From assembly GCA_963767005.1 (NCBI GenBank), contig CAVYCN010000010.1:32001-96000 (forward strand): a DNA stretch of 64,000 nt, written 5' to 3'. Position 1 is the stretch's first letter. Every line of letters begins with the position of its first letter. The stretch is from an uncultured Actinomycetes bacterium (GTDB lineage: Bacteria; Actinomycetota; Thermoleophilia; UBA2241). The notes under the pieces were generated by a model. That model did no database searches. It worked only from the letters and a program-made list of their open reading frames with translations, and was not told where the DNA came from. Below, in pieces: positions 49,601-58,131 of the stretch. The translations under genes were made by a program, and so were the position numbers.

Positions 49601-52600
49601 TGCCGCCGGTCATGCCCGCGCCGCCGTCGCTCGCCGTGAAGCGGATCGTCTGGGCGCCGCTTACCCAGCCGCTCGTACCGGTCGTCTGCAGGCCGGTCGC
49701 CGTGGTCGTCGGTGCCGTGCTGTCGATGTTCACGTAGCCGGTGTTGTGCGTGGCGTCGTGCGCCTCGATGTTGCCGGCCACGTCGACCGACCAGTAGGTC
49801 ACCGGGTGCGAGCCGTCGCCGGTCACGAGGAACGGACCGGTGTAGAGCTGAGCCGAGCCGCTGTCGACCGTGTACCAAGTCGACGAGAGGCCCGAGCCGC
49901 CGGTGTCCGACGCGCTCAGCTTGACGGTGACGCCGGTCGTCGACCAGCCGCTCGCCTGGGTCGACTGCAGGTTCGTCGCCGCGGTCTGCGGCGCGGTCAG
50001 GTCGAGGTTCACGTAGCCGGTCTGGTGCAGGCTGTCGATCCCGACGTTGTTGGTCGCCCAGAAGACGACGGGGTGGCTGCCCTGCGTGCTCACCGTGAAC
50101 GAGGCGGGGTCGCTCGCGGCCTTCTGCGGCGTCGTGCCGTCGATGCCGTAGGTGACCGAGATCGGGGCGTGGTCGCCGGAGCCGGTGATCGTCACCGTGG
50201 CGGCGGTGTCCTGCCAGCCCGAGCTGCCATCGGCGGCGAGGCCGGCGGCCTGGGCGTACGGGTTGGAGATGTTGACCCAGCCGGTGTGCACGGCCTCGAC
50301 GTTGCCGGCCGCGTCGGTGGCCCAGTAGGTCACGGGGTGCTGCCCCTGGCCGGAGACGGTGAAGGGCGTCGAGTAGGTCTGGGTGCCGCCGCCGTCGATC
50401 GTGTAGGAGATGCTCGCCACGCCTGAGCCCAGGCCGTCATCGGCCGACAGGCTCACCGTCTGGCTCGTGGTGCGCCAGCCCGAAAGGTCGTCCGCCGCGA
50501 GACCGACAGCCGTCGTGGCCGGCGCGCTCGTGTCGATCCACACCGTGCAGCTGCCGATCGTGCTCGAGTTGCCGGCGTTGTCGAGGGCGCGGTACTGGTA
50601 GACGTGGACGCCGTCGGCGGAGTGGTCGGCCGGTGCCGCCACGGTGAAGGCGTTGCCGGTCGCCGTGGTCCACGTCGAGCCGCCCTGCAGCCGCTCCTGG
50701 GTGCCGGCCAGGCCGCTGCCGCCGCTGTCGGCGGGCGTCAGGTGGACGGTCACCGCCGCGTGGTGCCACAGGCCGTCGGAGTCGTCGGTGACCGTCGGCG
50801 CCGCCAGGTCGATGTTCACGTAGCCGGTGTTGGTAGCCTCGGTGTTGTTGACCGCGTCGACCGACCAGTACGTGACTTTGTGCGAGCCCTGGGTCGAGAT
50901 CGTGAAGGCGCCCGTATAGGTCTGTTTCGTGCCGCTGTCGATCGTGTAGTACGTGGCGGCCACGCCGGACAGAGCGTCGTTGCCGGCCAGGCTGACGACC
51001 TGGCTCACGTTCTGCCAGCCGGTCGTGCCGCTTGCCTGCAGGCCGGTCGCCGTGGTGGTCGGCGCCGAGGTGTCGATGTTCACGTAGCCGGTGTGGGTGG
51101 TCTCGACGTTGCCGGCGTAGTCGGTCGACCAGTAGGTGACGGTGTGCGAGCCGTTGCCGGAGACCGGGAACGGTCCGCCGTAGAGCTGCGCCGCGCCGCC
51201 GTCGACCGTGTACTTGGTCGTGGCCACGCCGGAGACGGCGTCGGTCGCCGTGAGCGTGACCGTCTGGCCGGCCGTCTGCCAGCCGGTGTTGCTCGCCGTC
51301 TGCAGGCTGCTCGTCGTCGTGGTCGGCGCGGTGGCGTCGATGTTGACGTAGCCGGTGTGGCTGGTCTCGGTGTTGCCGCCCTTGTCGACCGACCAGTATG
51401 TGATCTTGTGCGAGCCCTGGGTCGAGATGGTGAAGGGCGCCGTGTAGGTCGTCTGGGCGCCGCTGTCGATCGTGTAGTAGGTGGCGGACACGCCGGATTG
51501 CGAGTCGGTCGCGTTCAGGATGACCTGCTGCCCCGCCGTCTGCCAGGTGCTGCCTGAGGACTGCAGGCCGGTCGCCGTGGTGACCGGCGGGGTCGAGTCG
51601 ATCAGGTAGGTCTGGCAGGTGCCGCCGGCGCCGCAGGCCCACAGGCTGCCGCCGGCGCCGCAGATGCCGCGCTGGGTCTGCGTGGTCGCCGAGGTCTGCG
51701 TCGCCCACGACGAGCCGCCGTTGGTGGTGCGGTAGATCACGCCACCACCGCCGATCACCCAGGCGTTGTTCGCGTCGGTCGCATATGTGTCGTAGAGCGT
51801 CTGCGTCGTGGTCGGGGTGAGGGTCTGCAGCGTCCAGTTCGTGCCGCCGTTCGTCGTGTGGCTGACGGCGCCGGCGCTGCCGGTCACCCAGCCGACCGAC
51901 GAGTTGACGAAGGAGATGCCGCGGAGCTGCTGCGTGGTGCCCGACGTCTGCGCCGTCCAGTTCGTGCCGCCGTTGGTCGTGTGGCGCACGCCGCCGCCCG
52001 TGGTGATCAGCCAGCCGTTGTTTGTGTCCGTAAAGGCGACGCCGTAGATGGTGCTCGTGATGCCCGTGGTCTGCGCCGTCCAGGTGGTGCCGCCGTTCGT
52101 GGTGTGGCGGACGACGCCGCCGGTGGTGCAGAACCAGCCGTTGTTGGCATCGACGAACGACACGCCGTAGATGGTGCCGGTGACGCCCGAGGTCTGCGTG
52201 GCCCAGCTCGTGCCGCCGTTCGTGGTGTGGTAGACGACCCCGCCGCCGCCGACGGCCCAGCCGTTCTGGTTGCCGACGAAGCAGACGCTGCGCAGGCTCT
52301 GCGTGGTGGTCGGCGTCAGCGTCTGGGCGGCCCAAGTCGTGCCGCCGTTGGTGGTGTGCCTGATGTTGCCGGTGCCGCCGGCCAGCCAGCCGTTGCTGGC
52401 GTCGGCGAACCAGGCGCCATACCAGGTGACGTTGACGCCCGGCGACTGCGCCGTCCAGGCGTTGTAGGTGGCGGCCCGCGCCGTCGTCGCGCCGCAGACG
52501 CCGGCGGCGGCCAGGACGACGAGGACGACAGCTACGCAGGCGCCACACAGGCGGCGGCGGCGGCGTGGCCCGGCGAGCGGACGTCTGCTCGACCACGGGT

Positions 52601-52613
52601 ACGCCTTCATCAC
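43686..52613 (-). CDS. Giant secreted surface protein: YCF48/BNR propeller, ~28 Ig-like (OmpL47/chitobiase-C-like) modules and Lys-rich C-terminal domain, 2975 aa
   Basis: Signal peptide; six TTNGGxxWxxQT repeats; about 28 modules, mostly YT(I/V)DG...YWSVDxAGNxE...GYVNID; basic C-terminal ~100 aa. Confidence 0.88.
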   Translation of the reverse strand: MMKAYPWSSRRPLAGPRRRRRLCGACVAVVLVVLAAAGVCGATTARAATYNAWTAQSPGVNVTWYGAWFADASNGWLAGGTGNIRHTTNGGTTWAAQTLTPTTTQSLRSVCFVGNQNGWAVGGGGVVYHTTNGGTSWATQTSGVTGTIYGVSFVDANNGWFCTTGGVVRHTTNGGTTWTAQTTGITSTIYGVAFTDTNNGWLITTGGGVRHTTNGGTNWTAQTSGTTQQLRGISFVNSSVGWVTGSAGAVSHTTNGGTNWTLQTLTPTTTQTLYDTYATDANNAWVIGGGGVIYRTTNGGSSWATQTSATTQTQRGICGAGGSLWACGAGGTCQTYLIDSTPPVTTATGLQSSGSTWQTAGQQVILNATDSQSGVSATYYTIDSGAQTTYTAPFTISTQGSHKITYWSVDKGGNTETSHTGYVNIDATAPTTTTSSLQTASNTGWQTAGQTVTLTATDAVSGVATTKYTVDGGAAQLYGGPFPVSGNGSHTVTYWSTDYAGNVETTHTGYVNIDTSAPTTTATGLQASGTTGWQNVSQVVSLAGNDALSGVAATYYTIDSGTKQTYTGAFTISTQGSHKVTYWSVDAVNNTEATNTGYVNIDLAAPTVTDDSDGLWHHAAVTVHLTPADSGGSGLAGTQERLQGGSTWTTATGNAFTVAAPADHSADGVHVYQYRALDNAGNSSTIGSCTVWIDTSAPATTAVGLAADDLSGWRTTSQTVSLSADDGLGSGVASISYTIDGGGTQTYSTPFTVSGQGQHPVTYWATDAAGNVEAVHTGWVNISNPYAQAAGLAADGSSGWQDTAATVTITGSGDHAPISVTYGIDGTTPQKAASDPASFTVSTQGSHPVVFWATNNVGIDSLHQTGYVNLDLTAPQTAATNLQSTQASGWSTTGVTVKLSASDTGGSGLSSTWYTVDSGSAQLYTGPFLVTGDGSHPVTYWSVDVAGNIEAHDATHNTGYVNIDSTAPTTTATGLQTTGTSGWVSGAQTIRFTASDGGAGMTGGSAATYYTVDGGDMQTYSGAFQVSGERSHTVKYWSVDAVGNIEPQHTGYVNIDGAPPTTTATGLQTTGSSGWVTTAQSVSLSASDATSGMTGGSAATYYTVDGGAQQTYSGAFQVSGERSHRVTYWSVDAAGNVETPANVGYVNIDPTPPTTTATGLQSSATSGWTNAAQVTVNLSAGDATSGMANGSAATYYTLDGGAQQTYSGAFQVSGERSHTVTYWSVDAAGNIETPANVGYVNIDWTAPQTAATGLQSSATTGWQNTSQTVSLAATDDLSGTATTYYKLDSQPAQTYTNSFGVSGQSSHTVLYWSVDAAGNIESQNTGYVNIDSTAPTVADDADDAWHNQPVPVTLTPHDTGGSGVAGTQYRLQGSSTWLDATGNQFVVAAPSDGSNDGARIYEYRALDNAGNPSATHTCTVKIDTQGPVVTPTGLQVDDLTGWQTASQQVTLAATDAGSGVVHIYYTVDGGAQTTYSGPFTVANTVNTSHAIVYWAVDALGNVTVHKTGYVNISNPNAQATNLAPDASSGWQKAATTVTITGSGDHTPITVSYSTDGGTTWTTAASPASVTFSTQGSHAVSYYATNSVSVQSVHETGYCNIDLTKPTTTATGLQTSATTGWQTASQSVTLSPSDTGGSGLASTTYTVDGGSATPYTVLFVISANGSHPVTYFSTDNAGNAETTHTGYVNIDTQAPTTTATNLQADDHSGWVTNATPISVTLAPSDSGSGMTGGSAATYYTLDGSDQATYSGAFTVSGDGQHQVTYWSVDALGNTEAVNNGYVNIDTTPPTTTATNLVASASTGWQNAPVTVTLSASDAVSGAATTYYTVDGAQQTYSTPFTVSAEGSHHITYWSVDAAGNTEAPGSGYVNIDTTAPTVTDNAGAAWHDAAFTVTLTPSDGSGSGIAATQYRPQGSQTWLVTSGNSFTVAAPSDHSNDGSHAYEYRAIDNAGNASVVGGASGICTVNIDTRAPTTSALGLQANNHSGWQNTPQTVTLTGGDGTGSGVASTSYNLNSGGTQSYITPFQVSTAGSTMVGYWSVDNAGNSETAKLGYVNIDTTPPTVTDDSDAVWHNSDVVVQLTPADTGGSGVASTQYRLQGSSTWLAATNNAFTVPAPAGGSDDGAQTYEYQATDNAGNTSTLHTCTVKIDTQAPQTTTSDLQTSADTGWQQTSQLVHLTASDAGSGMSGGAAVTYYTLDGGTRQTYTAAFTVSGSKSHRIVYWSVDKIGNIETPHVGFVNVDTVAPVTSATNLAATSNSGWVNSPQLVSLTASDGLSGVATTSYTIDGGAQQTYTGPFTISADGQHAVTYWSVDNAGNTEAIEHGYVNIDTTPPTSTDPGLAPDSISDWRTTSQTVSLSASDGTGAVSGLQSITYTLDTGSPQTYSGQFTVSGDGQHEITYYATDKAGNVEATHTGWVNISNPYAQSNGLTADASSDWHTGPASATITAGGDNGPFTIYYTVDGGAQQTAANTVTIPESTDGSHVIVFYAENSYHVDGVTQTCYLNVDQTPPTTTTQDLQSSPTTGWATTPQTVTLEPSDKTSGMSGGVAATYYTIDGGTRQTYSGSFQVSGDGSHTIEYWSVDAAGNLEAPANVGYVNIDATPPTVGDDSDSAWYNAPVTVTVTADDGANGSGIASVQYRLQGAATWLPATNGQFVVPAPSDGSNDGVHAYEYQATDNAGNTSATGTCSVKIDTQGPVVSNDADAYWHNAAVAVHLSAIDAGAGVSQIDYRLQGAATWTPVNAAQATVNVPLPTDGQPHSSTYEYTASDAIGNATAIATFTVNIDPTMPNTIIHGLPTAAWVNHPVSLTFTATPGSGAPIDHTEYSRDGGGTWTPIAAGTPLPISTAGQTTILYRSVNTAGTIENPARSATVRIDLGKPSGKGLKNVTIKHNKVGKLSYRVTDASPSCGYARVTITIYLKKKVVKRIVIKQAATNRNLVYKYKAKLKPGSYTWKVSAVDLAGNRQTRLTAKKLIIK

Positions 52614-52693
52614 CGACCAGCCCCCTTCGCTACGCTCGCGCGCGCGGAAAATCGCTCGTGTTCACCACCACTTCGACCACGCATCGCTCCCAT

Positions 52694-52737
52694 TACTCGG
52701 CATGAGTACGAGGGAAGTTAATGGGACGTTTGCCTAG
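52694..52737 (-). promoter_or_regulatory. Shared 17-bp box plus sigma28-like promoter of the 2975-aa gene
   Basis: Minus strand reads CTAGGCAAACGTCCCAT-TAAC-N15-GCCGAGTA. Confidence 0.55.
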
Positions 52738-52934
52738 GTAGGCGACCCTAGGGGGGTAGGGAACGGTGCCCAGACGGTCTGGGGAAGGGGCCCTATGGCG
52801 CGGCGCTGCGCGGGCGGGCCGCCGGGCGGCTCGCCCGCCCGCGCCGGTCAACGCCGTAGGATGGCCGTGCGGCGGTGGTACGGGTGCTGCGGCGGCGCGG
52901 AGCGCCGCCGCACTCGGGCGAGACGGGAGGCGCG

Positions 52935-53717
52935 ATGGGCGAGGCAGCGGTCGTCACGGGGGCGTCGTCGGGTCTCGGCGCCGAGCTGGCCCGGGTGTCG
53001 GCGGCGGCGGGCTGGGACCTGCTGCTGGTCGCCCGTCGCGAGGAGCGCCTGCGCGCGCTCGCAGCCGAGCTCGAGGCGGCGCACGGCGTCGCCGCGCACG
53101 TGGCGCCGATCGACCTCTCGCGGCCGGGTGCCGCCGCCGAGGTCGTGGCGGCCGCCGAGCGACACGGTCTCGACGTTGCGTGCCTGGTCTGCGCCGCGGG
53201 CTTCGGCACCTACGGCCCGTTCGTGGGGCTCGATCTCGAGCGCGCGCTCGCCGAGCTGCAGGTCAACGCCGCGGCGCCGCTCGCCCTGAGCCGTGCCTTC
53301 CTGCCGCGCATGGTCGCGCGCGGTCGCGGCAGGGTGCTGCTGGTGAGCTCGGTCGCCGGCTTTCAGCCGGGGCCCTACATGGCGACCTACCACGCGAGCA
53401 AGGCGTTTCTCACCTGGTTCGGTGAGGCGCTTGCCGAGGAGCTGCGCGGCACCGGCGTCACGGTCACCGTGAGCTGCCCGGGGCCACTTGCGACGGAGTT
53501 CGACGAGGTGGCCGGCAAGCGGTCGGGTCGCCTGCGACGGGCCGGCTGGGGGCGCCCGACCGCGCGCGTCGCGCGCGACGCCTATGAAGCGATGATGGCC
53601 GGCAGGGTCCTCGTCGTCCACGGCGGCGCCAACCTCGCCGGCGTCGAGGCCCTGCGCCTCGCGCCTCGCGGACTCGTGAGAGCCGCCGTCGCCCTCGTCA
53701 ACCGTCGCGGTCGCTGA
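52935..53717 (+). CDS. SDR-family oxidoreductase
   Basis: TGASSGLG, YHASK and CPGP motifs; GGGAGG RBS. Confidence 0.92.
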   Translation: MGEAAVVTGASSGLGAELARVSAAAGWDLLLVARREERLRALAAELEAAHGVAAHVAPIDLSRPGAAAEVVAAAERHGLDVACLVCAAGFGTYGPFVGLDLERALAELQVNAAAPLALSRAFLPRMVARGRGRVLLVSSVAGFQPGPYMATYHASKAFLTWFGEALAEELRGTGVTVTVSCPGPLATEFDEVAGKRSGRLRRAGWGRPTARVARDAYEAMMAGRVLVVHGGANLAGVEALRLAPRGLVRAAVALVNRRGR

Positions 53718-54699
53718 AGCCGCCGGCCGGGCGCTTGCCGGCGGCGCCCGTCTCTGCCGCGCCGTCCGCGCCGCCCGCGACAGCCGCGCCGCTTCGCCCT
53801 TCGGCCAGGCCCGCGGCGCCGAGCACGGCCAGCGCCCCGACGATCGACGCCATGCCGACCGCCTCGAAGCCGCCCGGCCGTTCGCCGAGCTGCGCCCAGG
53901 CGGCGAGCACGCCGATCGCCGGCACGGCCAGCGTGCCGAGGCCCGCGGCGCCCGCCGAGAGGGCGCGCAGCGCGACGAGCCAGAGCAGCCAGGCGAGGAC
54001 GTTGGCGAGCAGCACCGTGTACGAGAGGGTCGCCGCGAACGGCAGGGTCCAGCGCGGCCCCGCGCTGCCGACGATCAGCGCGACCGCGACGAGTGGCGCC
54101 GTGCCGATCACCATCTGCCAGGTCGTGAGCGACAGCAGGTCGACGTGCTGCTTGCGCTGCAGCAGCTTGACGACGAGCGAACCGGCCGCCCAGGCGATGC
54201 CGCCGGCGACGGCGAGCGTGCTGCTGCGCAGGTCGTGCAGCCGCCAGGGGACGATGACGAGCACGAGGCCGGCCAGCGCCAGGCCGACCGCTACCGTACG
54301 GGTGCGCCCCAGGCGCTCGCCCAGAAAGGCGCGCGCGAGCAGCAGCAGCCAGAACGGCATGGTGTAGGTGAGCACCGCGACCTTGCCGGCGCCGCCCTCG
54401 GCGACCGCCCACACAGAGAGGCCGACGAAGGCGGTGGTCTGCAGGAGGCCGACCACGACGGTGTAGCCGGGGACCGGCAACCGCAGCGAGCGGCGCGTGA
54501 CGAGCAGCACGGCGAACAGGCAGGGCAGGCTGAGGGCGCCGCGCAGCGCGGCGAAAGTGAGCGCCGGGCAGTAGCCGAGCGCGATCTTGCTTGCCACCCA
54601 GCCGTAGCCCCAGATGGGGGCGATCACGGCCAGCGCGACGACCCCGAGGTCGCCTTGGCGGGACCGCGTCCCGCCGGAGACGCTGCGTGAGGTCGACAC
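53698..54699 (-). CDS. DMT/EamA transporter
   Basis: About 10 TM; IWG, YTMPFW and LGERL motifs. Confidence 0.88.
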   Translation of the reverse strand: MSTSRSVSGGTRSRQGDLGVVALAVIAPIWGYGWVASKIALGYCPALTFAALRGALSLPCLFAVLLVTRRSLRLPVPGYTVVVGLLQTTAFVGLSVWAVAEGGAGKVAVLTYTMPFWLLLLARAFLGERLGRTRTVAVGLALAGLVLVIVPWRLHDLRSSTLAVAGGIAWAAGSLVVKLLQRKQHVDLLSLTTWQMVIGTAPLVAVALIVGSAGPRWTLPFAATLSYTVLLANVLAWLLWLVALRALSAGAAGLGTLAVPAIGVLAAWAQLGERPGGFEAVGMASIVGALAVLGAAGLAEGRSGAAVAGGADGAAETGAAGKRPAGGFSDRDG

Positions 54700-54711
54700 C
54701 GTGCTCTACCG

Positions 54712-56067
54712 TCAGCGGCCGCTGCCCGGCGTCGCCGTGATCTCGTCGAGGATCGCCGCGAGCTCCCCCGTCAGCCGCCGGCGCTCGTAGCGCTCGAGCC
54801 CGGGTCTCTGCGCCCGGGTGCGCAGCGACCCGTCGGCCTTCGCGGCCGCGAGGGTGGCGAGCCGGCGCGCGATGGCGGCGACGTCGTGCGGGTGTTCGGC
54901 CCAGCCGGCGTCGAGCGCGGCTACGAGGGCCGCGGCCTCGCCGTCGGGCGGCCCCAGGACGAGGGTCGGCAGGCCCATCGCCAGGTACTCGAAGAGCTTG
55001 CCGGTCATCGACGCCTTGGCGCCTGGGCCCTCGGCGATCAGCAGGACGCCGACGTCGGCCGCGGCCACACGCTCGAGCGCGGCGGCGTGCGGCAGGTAGC
55101 CCGGGCAATCGACCGCGTCGCCCACGCCGTGGGCCTGGGCCGCGGCGGTCACGGCGTCGGGCACGTTGCCGATGAACTCGAGTCGCACGTCGACATCGGG
55201 CCGTGTGCGGCGCAGCTCGCCGAGGGCGCGTATGAGGTCCCACGGCTCCGCGTGGTTGGCGTAGATGCGACCCATGAAGGTCAGGCGCAGCGTCGAGTCG
55301 TCGCGCGGCGACCAGGCCGCGGTGATGTCGCTCGGGTCGAAGCCGTTGGGCAGGATGCGAACGTCACGGGCGCCGAGCTGCTCGGCCTCGTCGCGGATCG
55401 GCGCGGTGACGGCCAGCACGACATCGGCGGCCGCGAGCACGCGGCGTTCGACCGCGAGCGCGTGGCGGCGCGCGGCCGCGAGCGGGTACCAGATCGTCGA
55501 GCTGTCGCGCCAGGCGTCGCGGAGGTCGACGATCAGCGGGACGCCGAGCCTGCGCGCCGTGCGGGCACCGGCCACGGTCACCGAGAACGGCGGGCCAGAG
55601 GCGACGACCGCGCTGACGGAATGGGTGCGGCCCAGCGACGCGCCGGCCCGGGCGGCAAGCGGCGACCACCAGGCGGCGTCGTCGAACGATACCAGGCGGG
55701 CGAGCCGGGCCGAGCCGCTGTGGCGTGGCCGAGCCGGCGTCCCCGTCGCCCGACGGGGGTCGGCGCCGGCTCTGGTCGTGGGTGGGGTGCGGCGCGCGTC
55801 GCGCAAGGCGGCGCCTGCCCGCTTGGCCGGCCCCACCGCGCGCGCGACGAGCGCCGAGACGCGCAGCGGTCGCAGGCGGGCGACGCTGAGCCCGGCGACG
55901 CCCTCGAGCAGCGAGTCGTCGCGCGGCTTCCCCGGGATCGGCGAGCTCGTGACCACGACGGGCGTCCAGCCGAAGTCGGGCAGGTAACGGGCGAACTTGG
56001 CGCAGCGCTGTACCCCGCCTCCGCCCGATGGCGGGAACTCGTACGTGAAGATCAGGACAGTTGGCAT
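54712..56067 (-). CDS. Glycosyltransferase family 4 (GT-B)
   Basis: YEFPPSGGGGVQR, SGPPFS, DLRDAW, PNGFD and GKLFEYLAMG motifs. Confidence 0.9.
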   Translation of the reverse strand: MPTVLIFTYEFPPSGGGGVQRCAKFARYLPDFGWTPVVVTSSPIPGKPRDDSLLEGVAGLSVARLRPLRVSALVARAVGPAKRAGAALRDARRTPPTTRAGADPRRATGTPARPRHSGSARLARLVSFDDAAWWSPLAARAGASLGRTHSVSAVVASGPPFSVTVAGARTARRLGVPLIVDLRDAWRDSSTIWYPLAAARRHALAVERRVLAAADVVLAVTAPIRDEAEQLGARDVRILPNGFDPSDITAAWSPRDDSTLRLTFMGRIYANHAEPWDLIRALGELRRTRPDVDVRLEFIGNVPDAVTAAAQAHGVGDAVDCPGYLPHAAALERVAAADVGVLLIAEGPGAKASMTGKLFEYLAMGLPTLVLGPPDGEAAALVAALDAGWAEHPHDVAAIARRLATLAAAKADGSLRTRAQRPGLERYERRRLTGELAAILDEITATPGSGR

Positions 56068-56249
56068 GGGCGACTCGACAGGGATTTGCGGGACCGTGCA
56101 CGCGGCCGTCCCCGCGGTCGGACACGGGAGCGGCGCAAGTATAGCATCGCCGCGATCGGCGCCTGCCGGAGGGGCGTGCGCCGGGCGGGGGCGCCGCGGT
56201 CGCGCCGCCGTGTTGCCGTTTCTGGGGCGCCCTCGCGCGGGTGCGCGAG

Positions 56250-56277
56250 TCAAGCACCCCCGCTCCGCTGCCGATAG
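56250..56277 (+). promoter_or_regulatory. sigma28/FliA/WhiG-like promoter
   Basis: TCAAG-N15-GCCGATAG, 65 nt upstream of TTG 56343. Confidence 0.5.
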
Positions 56278-56342
56278 CGCTGGTAGCATGACTCGAGCCG
56301 GCCCGCTCCTCGGGGTCGGCGCCGTCAGGGGGAGGTCCCGGG

Positions 56343-58061
56343 TTGAAGCTGCTGAAGAACCTTGTCGGGGCGCACGGCCCCACCGTGCTGGTCGCCACGC
56401 TGGCCGCGGCCGGCGCGCTGCTCGCGGCCGCGCCGGCGGCGCAGGCGACGGTCTGGGCCGCGCACGGCGACACGAGAGTGTTCCCGACCACGGCGCCGGG
56501 CACCACCAGGACCGTCACGCTGGCCGCGGCCGGTGGCGAGTACGTCGGTGAGATCATCGGCCTGCGCGGCGGCTCCACGCGTCACGTGACGGTGACCTGG
56601 GCCGACGGCAGCGACCCGCTGCTGACCGGCAACAGCGTGCTCGACCAGGTCGCCTTCGTGCGCATCACCCACGTCACGACCTACAGCGGCGCCAAGCCCG
56701 GCCTGTACCCCGACCCCCTGTTGCCGCGCGCCTTCGGCCAGACGCTGAGCGCGCCGGCGCGGAGCTCGTCGCTCTACGTCCTGTTCCACGTGCCGTATGG
56801 CACCGCCGCCGGCACCTACACGGGCACGCTGCACGTCGTCAACGGCGCCGGCGAGCAGGTCGACCTGCCGGTGAGCCTGCAGGTCTGGGACTTCGGCTGG
56901 ACCAAGCTGAGCGTGGAGACGCTCTACTCGGCCAACTTCCGCACGATCGTCGATCAGGTCGACACCTACCGGATGCTCCAGCAGCACGGCGTGACGGCGC
57001 TCATGCCGAAGGTCGTCCCCAGGACGTCGTCGAACGGCGCCATCAACGCGACCTCGTACGCGAGCGCCCTCAAGCCCTATCTCGCGAGCGACGGGCTCGA
57101 CCTGCAGCTGACCCGCTTCCCCTGGCTCAACTGGTGGCCCGACTACTCCTGGAAGTGGGCGGCCGGCAACAAGGACCTCATGAACTTCCTGACCAGCGTC
57201 TGCCGCGTCTTCAAGGACAACGGCTGGCAGGACAAGCTCGTCGCCTACCCCATCGACGAGCCCCTCAGCCGAGCGACCGAGCTGCGCGCTCAGGCGCTCG
57301 CGGTGAGCCTGCACAAGGCGAGCGCGAAGGTCGGCTTTCGCGCCAAGTTCCTGCTGACCGACGACCCGCGCACGAGCACGCTCGGGCCCATGCTGCCGGC
57401 CAACACCGAGCTCTTCAACGACGTCGACATCTGGTGCACGCGCTACTACTACTTCTTCGGGCGCGTGCCGCTCCTGCGCAAGCTGCAGCGTACGCGCGGC
57501 GCCCAGGTCTGGTGGTATCCCTACTACAACTCGTCGGTGAAGGTGCTGCCCAACTTCGTGATCGACAAGGGCCTGGCCGACGAGCGTTCCTGGGGCTGGC
57601 TGATGTACCAGTGGAACGTCGACGGCATGCTCTACTGGGGCGTGAACCGCTGGGGCAACGCCCGGACGGGCAAGGGCTACCGCGACCCGTACCAGAACCC
57701 TCTCTCGTTCGAGTATGCGGACGGCCGCGTGGCCAACGGCGAGGCCTGCCTGATCTACCCCGGCTACTATCCGCGCTACGGCCTCGACGACAAGCACGCG
57801 CCGTGCGTCTCGTCGCTACGCCTCGAGGCGCTGCGCGACGGCTTTCAGGACCTCGAGTACTGCCGCATCGCGACCAAGCTGATCGGCGCCACGGCCGTGC
57901 GCGCCATCGTCGCGCGCGTCACCCAGTATCCCTACCCCGTCAAGTACGGCCACATCTTCCGGTTCCCCAAGTACGCGAAGTCGATCTCGACGTACGACTC
58001 GGCGCGTGCCGCCCTCGCCCAGGCGATCGAGCAGGCCGAGCAGGCGCAGTCCGGGTCGTGA
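56343..58061 (+). CDS. Secreted DUF4091 (GH123-like) glycoside hydrolase
   Basis: Signal peptide; YPDPL, YPIDEP, GMLYWG, NGEACLIYPG and SLRLEALRDGFQDLEY motifs. Confidence 0.8.
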   Translation: MKLLKNLVGAHGPTVLVATLAAAGALLAAAPAAQATVWAAHGDTRVFPTTAPGTTRTVTLAAAGGEYVGEIIGLRGGSTRHVTVTWADGSDPLLTGNSVLDQVAFVRITHVTTYSGAKPGLYPDPLLPRAFGQTLSAPARSSSLYVLFHVPYGTAAGTYTGTLHVVNGAGEQVDLPVSLQVWDFGWTKLSVETLYSANFRTIVDQVDTYRMLQQHGVTALMPKVVPRTSSNGAINATSYASALKPYLASDGLDLQLTRFPWLNWWPDYSWKWAAGNKDLMNFLTSVCRVFKDNGWQDKLVAYPIDEPLSRATELRAQALAVSLHKASAKVGFRAKFLLTDDPRTSTLGPMLPANTELFNDVDIWCTRYYYFFGRVPLLRKLQRTRGAQVWWYPYYNSSVKVLPNFVIDKGLADERSWGWLMYQWNVDGMLYWGVNRWGNARTGKGYRDPYQNPLSFEYADGRVANGEACLIYPGYYPRYGLDDKHAPCVSSLRLEALRDGFQDLEYCRIATKLIGATAVRAIVARVTQYPYPVKYGHIFRFPKYAKSISTYDSARAALAQAIEQAEQAQSGS

Positions 58062-58131
58062 GTGCGGCCGCGGGTGCAGGCCGAGGCCGGGAGCGGCTCG
58101 GTCGGGCCGTGAGCGAGGCCGTGGGCGCCGC

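Noticed and set aside
46089-50426. 1445-aa plus-strand ORF
   Set aside because: Antisense shadow of the 2975-aa gene; low-information Arg/Gly/Val-rich translation.
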